Shown in pieces: positions 9,724-20,396 of a stretch of DNA of 64,000 nucleotides. How positions within the stretch are numbered: the first letter of the stretch is position 1; the number at the start of each line of letters is the position of its first letter. The stretch comes from Candidatus Poribacteria bacterium (GTDB lineage: Bacteria > Poribacteria > WGA-4E > WGA-3G): assembly GCA_965197475.1 (NCBI GenBank), contig CBDANF010000003.1:3360001-3424000 (forward strand). Reading direction: 5' to 3'. Below the pieces are notes generated by a model, which saw only the letters and a list, made by a program, of their open reading frames with translations, was not told where the DNA came from and did no database searches. Both the position numbers and the translations under genes were made by a program.

Positions 9724-11316
9724 TTAATCGCGCACAACTGAAACTGAAACCCCATTTTTAAGCAGATGCTGATCATCAACAATCACTCGTGTTGTCTGTG
9801 CAAGGCGCGAGGTAACCTCTATTTCGCTCCCGTATATTCCTTCCACGTTCACCTGTTTTAGGCGTGCCACATTTTCCTCAACGACAAAAATGTTACCTTT
9901 TCCGTTCTGAATCTGCAGAACAGCACGACGTGGAAGCAACAACACGTTTTTCCGCTCACCCGTTTTGATAGAGATGGTAATGGATGTGCCCGGTTTCAAC
10001 CTGCTATTATCAGTGGAAGCAGAGGAATCGGTCTCATCATTATTCATGTCAGTTGAATTACGCAGCGTAGCGTGAACCACGACTGTATTCTCTCCCTGTT
10101 TGACAATTGGACTGATGAAATCAATTGTCCCTATAATGTTTTGAATGCCGGAAGCTGCAGAGATTAACACCATATTTCCATTCTTAATTTGGCTTATATC
10201 ACTAACAGGCACCGTCCAAACGGCTTTGAGTACATCAATTGCAACAACCGTAAACACCGGTTGCCCCGGCGAAGCAGCGGATTTAGCATAGTCCCCTACC
10301 TCAAGGTGACGCTGAGAAATAACGCCATCAATTGGAGAAATAATAGCTGCTTGATTCACCTGTTCCCGAGCAAGTTTCATCTGTTCTTCTGCTTCACTGA
10401 CAGCAGATTGCGCGATTGCTATTTCGCGTTCCCATGCTTTGGCATCCACGAGTTTTTGAGCGGTCACAAGGTTGGCTTTTGCTTGTGTGACCTTTGATTC
10501 AGCAGCGGCGATTTCACGCTCCCAACCGCGGCTCTCCACTATTTTCCTCGCAACTGCCAATTCTGCTTTTGCCTTTTCCACTGCGACTTGCGCTGTGCCA
10601 TCCTCATACTGGCTTGATGCAGCTACAGCTTCTTCATGTCGGCTTTGCACCAGTTTGTAACGCGTTTCTGATGATTCAAAATCACTGTCACTGATAAGCT
10701 CTTTTTTGTGAAGTTCTTTATCCCGTTCAAAATCGGAAGTAGCTTTGGTATACTCCGCTTTCGCACGTTCCAACCCCTGTTTCGCGCTTACCTTTGAACG
10801 TTCAAAGTTTGACTCGGCAGCTTTGTAGGCAGATTCCGCCTGTATCAACTGATTTCGTACACGCATTTCGGCAAGTGATTTTGTCTCCTCAAGCTTCGCC
10901 TCTGCTTCTGCAACCGCCTCTTTTGCTGTCACAAGCTGCGTTTCTACACGCGCCTGCGCGTTTGCCTCTGTTGTTGTTAGCTGCGATTTCGCCACGCTCA
11001 ACACCACCTCAGTCTTTATTGCATCAATGCTCGCTTGGCGCGCACTGCTCTGCGCTAACATATCTCCTTTTGCCACGGTCTGTCCAGCTTCTGCATTTAG
11101 GCTTATGATTTTTCCCTGAATGTTGGCATACACCTTAACTTCTGCACGCGGTTGTAAAAGCCCATTATAAGTCTTTTCTGAAACGATTGTAACACGCCGC
11201 GGCGATTCTACTTTCACAGATGTCGGTGGTTCCGCGTCTTGTGCAATCACATTGTTCGTGATGAAACAAAGTGAAAGTGCAGCAGTCAATATAACACCAA
11301 TAAAATTCGGTTTCAA
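9724..11316 (-). CDS. Efflux RND periplasmic adaptor (HlyD/MFP family) with long coiled coil
   Basis: Lipoyl-like halves GQTVAKGDMLA and IISPIDGVIS flank a long Ala/Glu/Lys coiled coil. Start set at TTG 11316 after a GGAGG RBS. Confidence 0.85.
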   Translation of the reverse strand: MKPNFIGVILTAALSLCFITNNVIAQDAEPPTSVKVESPRRVTIVSEKTYNGLLQPRAEVKVYANIQGKIISLNAEAGQTVAKGDMLAQSSARQASIDAIKTEVVLSVAKSQLTTTEANAQARVETQLVTAKEAVAEAEAKLEETKSLAEMRVRNQLIQAESAYKAAESNFERSKVSAKQGLERAKAEYTKATSDFERDKELHKKELISDSDFESSETRYKLVQSRHEEAVAASSQYEDGTAQVAVEKAKAELAVARKIVESRGWEREIAAAESKVTQAKANLVTAQKLVDAKAWEREIAIAQSAVSEAEEQMKLAREQVNQAAIISPIDGVISQRHLEVGDYAKSAASPGQPVFTVVAIDVLKAVWTVPVSDISQIKNGNMVLISAASGIQNIIGTIDFISPIVKQGENTVVVHATLRNSTDMNNDETDSSASTDNSRLKPGTSITISIKTGERKNVLLLPRRAVLQIQNGKGNIFVVEENVARLKQVNVEGIYGSEIEVTSRLAQTTRVIVDDQHLLKNGVSVSVVRD

Positions 11317-11407
11317 TACTCTTACCTCCCAACTAAAAAAATAAAAGGGTCTCTCAATACAAGGAAGTGGACTCACACAGCCATCTTCCAGCATTTAAGA
11401 GAGTACC

Positions 11408-11947
11408 CTATTTAGATTTGAGCTTATCATTAAAATCTTTTGTGAACTTATTCATCTTCGGATGAATCACGAGTTGACAATACGGTTGCCTCGGATTCAA
11501 TTGGAAATAGTTTTGGTGATAGTCTTCAGCAGGATAGAAGACATCAACCTCTGTGATCTCCGTGACAATCGGGTCATCCCATATATCAGATTTATCCATC
11601 TCTGCTTTAGATTCTTCAGCAATAGAACGCTGTGTTTCAGAATGGTAGAAAATGGCAGAACGATACTGTGTGCCGACATCGTTCCCTTGCCGATTTAACG
11701 TTGTCGGATCGTGTGTTTGCCAGAAAACTTCCAACAGTTCTTCGTAAGCAATAACATCAGGATCAAACTGTATCTGAATAACCTCTGCGTGTCCTGTCAT
11801 CCCCATACATACAGCACGATAATTGGGATTGACTGTCGTGCCACCCGTGTAACCTGAAACGACCTTATGAACGCCTTCTACTTGCTGAAAAACTGCCTCA
11901 ACACACCAAAAACAACCCGCACCAAACGTCGCAGTTTCTAATTGCAT
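11408..11947 (-). CDS. msrA: Peptide-methionine (S)-S-oxide reductase
   Basis: GAGCFWCVE, TGHAEV, HDPTTLNRQGNDVGTQYRSAIF, AEDYHQNY. Confidence 0.97.
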   Translation of the reverse strand: MQLETATFGAGCFWCVEAVFQQVEGVHKVVSGYTGGTTVNPNYRAVCMGMTGHAEVIQIQFDPDVIAYEELLEVFWQTHDPTTLNRQGNDVGTQYRSAIFYHSETQRSIAEESKAEMDKSDIWDDPIVTEITEVDVFYPAEDYHQNYFQLNPRQPYCQLVIHPKMNKFTKDFNDKLKSK

Positions 11948-12136
11948 CTTTTCTATACGGCTTCCACACGTTGGCGAACACCGCAATATCCTACAATCCG
12001 GAAATTCTTACTTTATGTGAAAGTATGATACCACAAATTTACGTGATATGCAACCTACTTAGCGTAAGTTCAATAAAGGATTCAAGTGTAGGTTGGGTTC
12101 AACAACCAAAATTGGATTTGTCAAATGTTATTCTTT

Positions 12137-12169
12137 CTTGTGGGAGGGTTTACAAAACCCTCCCACAAG
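12137..12169. repeat. REP-like palindrome (GTGGGAGGGTTT/AAACCCTCCCAC family)
   Basis: Near-perfect inverted repeat CTTGTGGGAGGGTTT-ACA-AAACCCTCCCACAAG; partial copies at ~8563-8577 and ~17629-17651. Confidence 0.75.
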
Positions 12170-12208
12170 GGGAGAGGTTAGGTTAAACTAAACACTGAGG
12201 GAAGCGCA

Positions 12209-13159
12209 TCACAGCAATATCCCTGTATTGGTATCGGGATCAACCATCTCTTTTAGACATGCATCCCAGTACGCCACAGTATACTGTTTTACCACATCAG
12301 ATTGATTATCCTGCTCAAGATAGTTTTCAATCCAATCAAGCAGACGTTGGCAAGGTGCAGAACGAATCTCACCACTGCTTTCATCATAGATGATGTCTCG
12401 AAAATCGGAAAGCGTGTCGGCTTCTAACTGCAAATCAGGCTCATAATACAACGTTAAATTTGCCATCAAACTGAGTGTTAACGTTTGAATTGGGTCAATA
12501 GCGATGCTGAGTGGTGGGTCAATCGTAAAAATATCGTCTAGTGGCAATGTTTGGACATAATTCCACCGAGCCTCAATATAATCTAACTGTTGGCGGATAA
12601 TCTCCATATCAGACAGATTTGTAAAGGCTCGAGGCGGATGGTTATTTCTTATTGTTACTTGGGCAGTGGAAATCGTAGTGTGGTATGCAGGTAGGGCGTT
12701 TAAAAATTCCGCTTCGGCATGGTTATAGATACGAACGTTGTCAATATCAAGATGGGTAAGGGATTCAGGCGGTTGAATCACCGCGTGTTCAAGAATATGG
12801 CTTGCCTTTTTCAGTAATTTATCTGTGAGCGTATTACCAATTTGGAAAAATTTGAAGATAGGGTTTGCAAGCAGCACTTGCACTGCTTTGTCCAAATTTC
12901 CACTGCTTCCGTATTCTAAGCCTAAACTCGTCAAAGCAAAGGAGGTTTGAATCTGTGCACGGAGTGCTGCTTCATCGGAAAGGTCATCAACCTTCATAGT
13001 AATAAGTTTATGTGCAAGTGCAGCGATATCCTCAGATAGCACCTCCGCTTTATCGGCATCAATTCTGCCGAGGGTATCGCCATGCACTAAGGTACGAGCC
13101 AAGAAAGATTGCCCATCAAGGGCTGCGTCTGTTACGAGGGAAAATTTACTCGTCCGCAT
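12209..13159 (-). CDS. Hypothetical helical protein, possibly the C-terminal half of a DUF6178-like protein
   Basis: ATG at 13159 overlaps the stop of the upstream gene. The segment LAHKLI...SLGLEY...AVQVL...FFQIG resembles the DUF6178 C-terminal part (recalled, not searched). Confidence 0.6.
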   Translation of the reverse strand: MRTSKFSLVTDAALDGQSFLARTLVHGDTLGRIDADKAEVLSEDIAALAHKLITMKVDDLSDEAALRAQIQTSFALTSLGLEYGSSGNLDKAVQVLLANPIFKFFQIGNTLTDKLLKKASHILEHAVIQPPESLTHLDIDNVRIYNHAEAEFLNALPAYHTTISTAQVTIRNNHPPRAFTNLSDMEIIRQQLDYIEARWNYVQTLPLDDIFTIDPPLSIAIDPIQTLTLSLMANLTLYYEPDLQLEADTLSDFRDIIYDESSGEIRSAPCQRLLDWIENYLEQDNQSDVVKQYTVAYWDACLKEMVDPDTNTGILL

Positions 13160-13952
13160 TATCCTCTTCATCCTCGGCAAGTTCAAGCGAATCCAAGTCA
13201 ACATGCTGCTGCAAGTCAGATTCAGTGACTTTGATTCCGGCTTTTTCATCGCGTGCTTTGACACGTTCAGCTCTTTCTGCGCTTGCCTTTTCTAATGCGG
13301 AGACTAATTCGGTTTCTACATCAACCTCTCTGTCAAGGACAAACATTTCTCGTAAGAGTTGCGTGAAGAGGTCGCCATCTGCCTCCCATATTGCATTGAG
13401 AATTGCTTTGGCTTGTTCATCTTTACAGTCAATTGAGGGTGAACTCGGATCAATGATACCTTCATCTACCATCATCGCACTGAGAGCACCTTTCAACCTA
13501 ACACGATTCTTAAGGAGCCCAGCAAGAATGCGCAAATCTATTTGTCTGAGGAACCGACTAAGGTCATCTCTCTCACATTCAGATAATTCAAACAGCCACA
13601 GATTCAGCGAATTTTCATCTAACTTTCCGTCGTGCCAAATAGCAATATCAATGATCTCTTCAAATTGTTCGTTGGACAAACATGGTAATAGACCGCAAGC
13701 GAGGCCGGTTCCAAGGAGTGTGTCTAACACCTGTAGAACATCTTCAGTAGGACTCTCCTGAATTAATTCTGTGCAATCTGGAACGAGATAATACAATTCT
13801 TCTCGTTGTTTGGGGTTGCGGGTGGCACGGATAATCTCAAGTTGCTGATCTTTTTCATAACTCCGAAAAAGTTGTTCTGCTTCGCGTGTTGGGAGCGATA
13901 ATAGTTTCTTAACTTCTGGTTGTGGGATAACCAATTTTGTTGAATTGCTCAT
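13146..13952 (-). CDS. Hypothetical acidic helical protein, possibly the N-terminal half of a DUF6178-like protein
   Basis: 268-aa ORF with a GGAGG RBS. The pattern SNEQFEEIIDIAIWHDGKLD...LWL resembles the DUF6178 N-terminal part. Confidence 0.62.
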   Translation of the reverse strand: MSNSTKLVIPQPEVKKLLSLPTREAEQLFRSYEKDQQLEIIRATRNPKQREELYYLVPDCTELIQESPTEDVLQVLDTLLGTGLACGLLPCLSNEQFEEIIDIAIWHDGKLDENSLNLWLFELSECERDDLSRFLRQIDLRILAGLLKNRVRLKGALSAMMVDEGIIDPSSPSIDCKDEQAKAILNAIWEADGDLFTQLLREMFVLDREVDVETELVSALEKASAERAERVKARDEKAGIKVTESDLQQHVDLDSLELAEDEEDNADE

Positions 13953-14090
13953 TCCAACCCTCCCGTTGGGCAGTGCGAGGTATCGCGTCTTTTTGTAAAT
14001 AAATGATTATTTCTCAATGTCTTTTCTCTTGGACTACTCGGTTTTCTGTAGGATAATTAAAAATCGTCCTACAGCCACAATCTATCAAGT

Positions 14091-14855
14091 TCAAAAGTTG
14101 TTCCTGACAAAGTTTAGGTTCTTTGCTGCTGACGCGATCGGGTCGTCTTTCCCTGGTGTTTCCAAGACAAACCAACTATCGTAGCCAATCGCATGTGCCG
14201 ACTCAAAAACTGCGGGGAAGTCAACATCACCTTCACCAGCGTGGTTACCGCCCGTGTCTTTAATATGCATTTGTACGATTGAACTGCCTAAACTCCGAAT
14301 TTCTGAAGGTGAGTCGTAGCCGAAATTTGTCGCATTTCCCATATCATAATATACGCCAACATTTTTTGAACTGACTTGGTCAATAATTTGTTGGTGTTGG
14401 TCCGCACTTAATGTGGATTCAATTGCGAGAAAAACGTTCTGTTTTTCAGCAGTTTCTGCGGCAGCCTTTAACCCATCAAGGAAACGAGACGCGGTGATAT
14501 GCTCATCCGCAATTTGACCGCCACTAAAAAACGGCACAAGAATTACATTCACTCCTAATTTCGGGCATGTTTCCGCGAGATACTGCAACTTCGCAATGCC
14601 TTCTGACCGCACACTATCCGTTGGATGCATAAAAGAAAATGCCGTAAAACCACCCGGTGACAACGATGATACTTCAATGCCCGCTTCTTCAGCAAGGCTA
14701 TTTACTGTGTCAATCCCACCTTCTTTCCAAAGCGTGTGCTGCCGATAATTTACACCCATGCAGACTTCTATTCCATCAAAACCAATCTCTTTTGCTTTCT
14801 TAAACGATTCTTCAAACGGAACGCGTAGCATCCCGTCTCTAATACCTACTTTCAT
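14091..14855 (-). CDS. Sugar phosphate isomerase/epimerase (xylose isomerase-like TIM barrel)
   Basis: GFDGIE, LAIES, YYDMGN, MHIKD, GEGDVDF, LET; AGGAGG RBS before ATG 14855. Confidence 0.9.
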   Translation of the reverse strand: MKVGIRDGMLRVPFEESFKKAKEIGFDGIEVCMGVNYRQHTLWKEGGIDTVNSLAEEAGIEVSSLSPGGFTAFSFMHPTDSVRSEGIAKLQYLAETCPKLGVNVILVPFFSGGQIADEHITASRFLDGLKAAAETAEKQNVFLAIESTLSADQHQQIIDQVSSKNVGVYYDMGNATNFGYDSPSEIRSLGSSIVQMHIKDTGGNHAGEGDVDFPAVFESAHAIGYDSWFVLETPGKDDPIASAAKNLNFVRNNF

Positions 14856-14920
14856 ATTTCCCTCCTGTTGATTTTGAATTTTAACATAATCTTGGGCAGA
14901 TTTCAAATCGATTTTCATTT

Positions 14921-15598
14921 TTAGATGTGTAACATATTTGTCAAAAGTATGTATGGCGAAATGTTGCGAGGTCTATCGAAAAATAGCACCCTTCCTAAAA
15001 CCATTTTTTGTTGATAGGAACGGATACCAATGCTTAGTATACCATTAAAAAGTTGTGGGGTCAAAGAGAAACACGCTAACAACCTCTTGGTTTTACAGGA
15101 TGTCAAGCTGGCATTTGGTACTGCCGAGACAAAACACGCATCCAACGCCAGTTCAACCAGACGCACATCAGGGCGTGATGCGCTCGCCATCAGAACACCC
15201 ACAGGTCCCCCACGCTTTTCTGTAATCGCTACAAGTTTTGCCCCTTTACCACACTTCGTCTTACCGACACAAGCACCCCCTTTTTCCGCTGCAATGAACT
15301 TCGCATCAATGTAGCACTCACTCAGATTTAGTTGATGCCGTTTGTGAAGTTTATCTGCTACAGCTTTAAGCACTTTTTCCAGCGTTCCATCAGTAGACCA
15401 TTTCTGGAAACGACGATGGCACGTTTGATACGGCGGATACTTCTTCGGTAAATCACGCCACGGTGCTCCTGTCCGCAACACCCAAAGTATCGCATCTAAC
15501 ACTTCTCTATTTCCACGCCAAGGTCTCCCACGCTGTCCAGTCGACAGTTCAAGCAACAGTGGCTCAACGATTTTCCACGCTTTATCACTCAGTTCCAT
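14921..15598 (-). pseudogene. IS5-family transposase, 3'-truncated
   Basis: Lacks the second D (ADxGY) and the E (VER) catalytic motifs, and runs into unrelated sequence. Confidence 0.8.
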
Positions 15599-15699
15599 AC
15601 AAACCATCTCCTAACTTTCAGACATGCTCAAAAGTTTAACAGAGGTGAGTACTTATTAAAAGACTTTTTAGATTATTTGATTATTTATGAGATACGCTC
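15110..15699 (-). mobile_element. Truncated IS5-family element (IS427/IS1031-like)
   Basis: Transposase N-terminal HTH (GRPW..REVLDAILWVLRTGAPWRDLP..YPPYQTCHRRF) followed by YIDA and KGG..VGKTK. Similarity is lost after ..LDACFVSAVP. Left end TA-GAGCGTATCTC at ~15699; no matching right end seen. Confidence 0.85.
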
Positions 15700-15911
15700 T
15701 AATAAACTGAATATTTATAAAACTAAATAACCCTGAGCATGAGTGTGTGTAAAAATTTTGTCGTTAAGCGCGGTCTGTCTATTGTCAAAATCGCGATTCA
15801 GACAGCAAAATATTTACATGCTTAAAAATAGGTTGCCAAATGCTCACAAAAATTGGGTATAATATATAAGACTTATCCGAAATGTCGATTGTTTAGAACT
15901 CATTCCGTTTT

Positions 15912-16775
15912 ATGAAAGGGAAACAGGTGGCAGCACCAATCTACGGATTAACCGTCCGCGGTGTTACGAAACATTTTCACCGACCCAAAAAGTCGGACGA
16001 AAAACTACGTTTTCATCAGAAGATTCGCCAGTTGTTCAAGCGCGAAAAAGAGACAATTCGCGCAGTTGATGGTGTCTCTTTAGATGTCAACATCGGTGAA
16101 ATTTATGGCATCTTGGGTGTGAACGGTTCAGGGAAATCTACCTTAATTCGTCTCATCTCAACGCTTCTCTTGCCAGATGCGGGGAGCATTCACGTCTTTG
16201 GAGATGATGTCGTAACAAATAGTATGAAGGTGAGACGTGTCATGAACCGCGTCTCTGTTGAGGCATCCTTTTTTAAACGTCTTTCTTCCGCAGAAAATCT
16301 GATTTATGCCGCACGGCTCTACGGCATCTCAGCTGCGGAAGCTACCAAGAAGGCACGCGACATTTTGGAAAGACTCGGTTTTGATGTGAAGCGGATGGAT
16401 GCAGAAATGGAACAACTCTCGCGTGGCATGCAACAGAAGGTCGCTATTGCACGCGCCTTGTTAACTACACCGATGCTTCTGTTACTTGATGAACCGACAA
16501 CAGGCCTTGATCCGAAATCCAAACGCGATGTGCAAGCCTTCATTGAGGATATCCGAAACGAACGCAACGCTGTTATCGTGCTTACGACACATGATATGGT
16601 AGAGGCAGAGAGGTTGTGCGACAGGATCGCTATTATTGATAACGGCAAGTTTATTGCTGAAGGCACTGTTAAGGAATTGATCGCCAAGGTCTCATCGAAA
16701 GACAGTGCGCCGGTGACATTAGAAGATGTCTTCATCGCGCTGACAGGAAAAGCGATAGAGGAGGGAGAAGAATAA
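15912..16775 (+). CDS. ABC transporter ATP-binding protein (DrrA-like exporter)
   Basis: Walker A GVNGSGKST, signature LSRGMQQK, Walker B LLLLDEP. Confidence 0.95.
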   Translation: MKGKQVAAPIYGLTVRGVTKHFHRPKKSDEKLRFHQKIRQLFKREKETIRAVDGVSLDVNIGEIYGILGVNGSGKSTLIRLISTLLLPDAGSIHVFGDDVVTNSMKVRRVMNRVSVEASFFKRLSSAENLIYAARLYGISAAEATKKARDILERLGFDVKRMDAEMEQLSRGMQQKVAIARALLTTPMLLLLDEPTTGLDPKSKRDVQAFIEDIRNERNAVIVLTTHDMVEAERLCDRIAIIDNGKFIAEGTVKELIAKVSSKDSAPVTLEDVFIALTGKAIEEGEE

Positions 16776-16779
16776 GACA

Positions 16780-17586
16780 ATGCTGAATCTCAGGCGAGAA
16801 ACTGTTATCTCTTACGCTTTTATTGAGAGAAATTTTAATCTGCTAAAGCGGTATCTGAATTGGGAGATTCTATTTTTCAGTTACTCTATTGTCAACGCGT
16901 TAACTATTGGTTTAATTATGGTTGGACGTGGGAGTAGCGAAGACGTGCTTTACCTTGTGATTGGCGCACTGATTTGGGGTTTTCTTTCTATTATGATGCG
17001 TGAGGTTAGCGATGCAATTACATGGGAACGGTGGGAAGGCACAATTGAATATACTTTCATGGCACCGATTTACCGCATCACACATCTTGTGGGTTCATGC
17101 CTCTTCGCGATTCTATATGGGCTATTACGAACTGGGTTAGTTTTGGCGATAATGCCCTTCTTTTTCGGTGAACACATCAACTTAGGGAATGCAAATTGGA
17201 TCACAATGGGAGTAACCGTTGCTGTTTCGAGTCTATCCTTTATCGGTATCGGTTTGATGGCTGCTATTTTTCCACTGCTCTCACCAGAAAAAGGACAAGC
17301 TGCGACGGGTATTCTTCAATCAGTGTTGTTATTAGTATCCGGCATCTATTATGAAATCGAGGTATTGCCGGACTGGCTTCAACCGCTCTCACAAATTTCA
17401 CCGGCGACTTACACGCTCCGATCCATACGTGCAGCAATGTTGGAAAATGCTTCAATTGAAAGCCAAGCAGGAAATCTGTTGCTATTGCTAATTATCGGTA
17501 TGGTCCTTATACCATTTGGGTTTTGGGTTTTTCATCTTGCCGAAAGATATGCGAAACGCGTGGGGAGGTTAAAACGGAGTGGATAG
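16780..17586 (+). CDS. ABC-2 type exporter permease
   Basis: About six hydrophobic segments, ERWEGTIE motif, LPDWLQ; 4 bp after the ATPase gene. Confidence 0.92.
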   Translation: MLNLRRETVISYAFIERNFNLLKRYLNWEILFFSYSIVNALTIGLIMVGRGSSEDVLYLVIGALIWGFLSIMMREVSDAITWERWEGTIEYTFMAPIYRITHLVGSCLFAILYGLLRTGLVLAIMPFFFGEHINLGNANWITMGVTVAVSSLSFIGIGLMAAIFPLLSPEKGQAATGILQSVLLLVSGIYYEIEVLPDWLQPLSQISPATYTLRSIRAAMLENASIESQAGNLLLLLIIGMVLIPFGFWVFHLAERYAKRVGRLKRSG

Positions 17587-17690
17587 GGTTAAACGAAAAC
17601 AATGGTTTATCCAATCATCAAATATATCGGGTTTACAAAACCCTCCCACAATGAGTTGCACAACTACAAACGTTGTTTGCGCTGAACTCT

Positions 17691-18470
17691 CTACCACGTA
17701 TCGCGTACACTCACACCTTCATCCGATAGATAGGTTTTGATGCTTTCAATCGTGAATTCGCCATAGTGGGTGATAGAAGCGACAATCGCCGCATCGGCAT
17801 TGCTTTCGACAAAAACATCACGTAGATGTTGCGGATTTCCCGCACCTCCAGAAGCAATTACAGGGACTGGTACCAAATCCGCGATAGCACCCGTTAATGC
17901 CAATTCATACCCTGCCTTAGTGCCATCCGCATCAATACTATTAACTACAATTTCACCCGCGCCCAAGTCAACACCACGGGCTGACCATTCCAATGCATCC
18001 CAACCGACCGGTTTCCGTCCACCATCAATATAGATTTCATATCCGCTTGGAATCTGTTCACTTTTGGCGACCTTTTTTACCTGCATACTCAATACGACAC
18101 ACTGACTGCCGAACGCTCGCGCCCCCTCAGAAATAATATCAGGGTTGCGCACTGCACCGGAATCTATACTGACCTTTTCTGCGCCAGCAAGTAGGACGCG
18201 CCGCATATCCTCAAGCGTGCGCAATCCACCGCCGACAGAAAACGGAATGAAGATCTCTGATGCGACAGCTGAAACGACATCAATCATGATATCGCGCCGT
18301 TCATTGCTTGCCGTGATGTCGTAAAAAACGAGTTCGTCAGCACCACCTTCGTAATAAAATCGCGCCATTTCCACTGGATCGCCAACATCAACATTGCCTT
18401 CAAAAGCGATGCCTTTGGTAACTTTTCCTGCACGTACGTCTAAACATGGTATTATTCGTTTTGTTAGCAT
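17691..18470 (-). CDS. hisF: Imidazole glycerol phosphate synthase cyclase subunit
   Basis: [34 protein letters not shown]. Confidence 0.97.
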   Translation of the reverse strand: MLTKRIIPCLDVRAGKVTKGIAFEGNVDVGDPVEMARFYYEGGADELVFYDITASNERRDIMIDVVSAVASEIFIPFSVGGGLRTLEDMRRVLLAGAEKVSIDSGAVRNPDIISEGARAFGSQCVVLSMQVKKVAKSEQIPSGYEIYIDGGRKPVGWDALEWSARGVDLGAGEIVVNSIDADGTKAGYELALTGAIADLVPVPVIASGGAGNPQHLRDVFVESNADAAIVASITHYGEFTIESIKTYLSDEGVSVRDTW

Positions 18471-18554
18471 ATTTCCTTTATCTAAATTCTACTGTAAGAG
18501 CAAGTCCTTCGAAAAGTGTAAAATCTATAAGTTAGGTGGTACTCTCAAAATAAT

Positions 18555-19640
18555 TCATGGAGACGCATACTTTTCATTTTCGATGGATGTCTCAACACCA
18601 TATAACGCTTTTATATTTCCCCACTGCATGGGCAACTTTCCCTGCGGAGACACAGGCAAAGGTCCCTCTATCCAATCCGGATAATAGTCAAAACTCGGTT
18701 CCCGTGTCAATCGCCTGAGTCTACGTGTCGCAATCTCATACTTGTAGATGTCATGATCCGGGTCCTTTTCGGGAACATCTGTCCGTTTTGCTGAGAAAAG
18801 AATAGTGCGCCCGTTGTCCATCCAACTCAACCCGCCACCTGCCCACTCTCCACCGATCTTCTCATCAATATCAATTTCCTTTTTCCTACCGGTTTTAGAC
18901 AGAATAACGAATCGGTTGACAGGGTGTTCCCACTGTCCTATTGATTCAATAAAGAGAATCTGTTTTCCATCTGTTGACCAACGTGGGTAGAACCTGAAAA
19001 CGAATCCATCTTCTCCATCCGGATCTGGCACGAATGGTCGCTGGTTCTGTCCATCCGTGGACATGATCCAGACGGTTTTATGACTGATCCCTTTACCGCT
19101 TGGGACAAACTTTCCATAGACAATCTCTTCGCCGTTCGGGGACCAATCAGGACTGTATGAACCTGAGCCTTTTTTACCTTTAGCATCCGTTAACTGTTTT
19201 ACCTCTCGACTTTCCAAATCCATCACATAAATTTCCCGATGTCCACTTCTGTTGCTCTTAAATGCCAAATATCTTCCGTCTGGTGACCATGCAGAAGCTC
19301 CGTTTATATCGCCTTCAACGCTGTGGGTGAGCTGCTGTTGGTTAGTGCCGTCTGCGTTCATGATAAAAAGTTGATACTTTTGTGTGTCCTTCTCAAGGTT
19401 CCTATCAAAAGCGATACGCGTTCCATCCGGTGACCACCGCGGTCTGAGCTCCCAAAACTGATTGTCTGTTAACCTACGTCTGCCACTGCCATCATCGTTC
19501 ATGACGTAGATACTGCCGTACGCGTTATAGGCGATTTTGGCATTGGCAACGTAAGGAACAAACAACAAGAGGAGACAACAAGATATTAAAATTTGTGTAA
19601 CGTGTAGGATTAAAAGTTTCTTAAAGTTAGCAAGTTTCAT
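18555..19640 (-). CDS. Secreted TolB-like (PD40) beta-propeller with TWG-type motif (cassette 1)
   Basis: Signal peptide ending ANA-KI; repeats PRWSPDG, AWSPDG and PDWSPNG; PVSPQGKLPMQWGNIK near the C-terminus; AGGAG RBS before ATG 19640. Confidence 0.9.
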   Translation of the reverse strand: MKLANFKKLLILHVTQILISCCLLLLFVPYVANAKIAYNAYGSIYVMNDDGSGRRRLTDNQFWELRPRWSPDGTRIAFDRNLEKDTQKYQLFIMNADGTNQQQLTHSVEGDINGASAWSPDGRYLAFKSNRSGHREIYVMDLESREVKQLTDAKGKKGSGSYSPDWSPNGEEIVYGKFVPSGKGISHKTVWIMSTDGQNQRPFVPDPDGEDGFVFRFYPRWSTDGKQILFIESIGQWEHPVNRFVILSKTGRKKEIDIDEKIGGEWAGGGLSWMDNGRTILFSAKRTDVPEKDPDHDIYKYEIATRRLRRLTREPSFDYYPDWIEGPLPVSPQGKLPMQWGNIKALYGVETSIENEKYASP

Positions 19641-19660
19641 CACTTTTCTCCTATGATTAG

Positions 19661-19691
19661 GGCGGACGCAAGATATACATCCGCGCCCGCC
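19661..19691 (-). promoter_or_regulatory. Intergenic GC-rich hairpin between the cassette-1 genes
   Basis: On the minus strand GGCGGGCGCGGA-TGTATA-TCTTGCGTCCGCC, immediately before the RBS of the TolB-like gene; no U-tract. Confidence 0.6.
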
Positions 19692-19737
19692 ATTAAGAAC
19701 GCAGTAGTGGTAGACATCCGCATTCAGTTTGAAGGGG

Positions 19738-20367
19738 TTACTGCCCATCCCAATTCCAATCGTCTATGCCCAGAGGCTGGTGGACAAGTTCAATAACCAG
19801 TTCGTCATCTACCTCCCATATATCTATCTCTCTAATCCCATCACCATTAAGATCCTTCTTTGCTGTTAAGGTAGACTCTGCAGTAAGCGTGTATCTGCCC
19901 GCATGTTTAGTACCCAGATTGTATTCCTTAAGATGCTCGTCGTCCACCCACCAGTAGCCAAGATCATCGGGATTATTTGCCCAATACGAACCTAAAAAGC
20001 CGTGGTGGCTCCAAACATCGTCATCCGCATAACTAAGAGGTCCTTCAATCCTGCTGACGAAGTCAACGTAGAATCGAAGATCGTTAATCTGATCCGGCCA
20101 GTCAGGGAGACCTCCCGAATAATTATTGATGTATGCTGAATGAACGCTGTGAGCTATTGGGTATTCATACCCCGTCCATACTACAACGCGTCCGTATACA
20201 AAAGTTAGGATCTGATGTTTTCCGCCGAATCCCTCAACGCGCTCTGATTCTGACCATGGATGTGCAATCTCACCATCGTCCGTATAGACGTGCGCGTGAA
20301 GATGCGTTGAAACAAAACAGGTCAATCCTATTAGCCCGATGAGGGCTATCATTGCTAAATTTTTCAC
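19738..20367 (-). CDS. Secreted hypothetical beta-rich protein (cassette 1)
   Basis: AAGGAG RBS, GTG start, signal peptide, acidic/aromatic composition; no family recognised. Confidence 0.85.
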   Translation of the reverse strand: MKNLAMIALIGLIGLTCFVSTHLHAHVYTDDGEIAHPWSESERVEGFGGKHQILTFVYGRVVVWTGYEYPIAHSVHSAYINNYSGGLPDWPDQINDLRFYVDFVSRIEGPLSYADDDVWSHHGFLGSYWANNPDDLGYWWVDDEHLKEYNLGTKHAGRYTLTAESTLTAKKDLNGDGIREIDIWEVDDELVIELVHQPLGIDDWNWDGQ

Positions 20368-20396
20368 AATTTTCTCCTTATTGTTAGTTATACCAA

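Noticed and set aside
13012-13761. 249-aa plus-strand ORF, and the many other short antisense or nested ORFs in the track
   Set aside because: Antisense shadows of well-supported genes; Ser-rich, no RBS, no motifs.
15270-15290. Programmed frameshift site (A5G5 run) in the IS5 transposase
   Set aside because: The ORF already reads through in frame, and the element is truncated.
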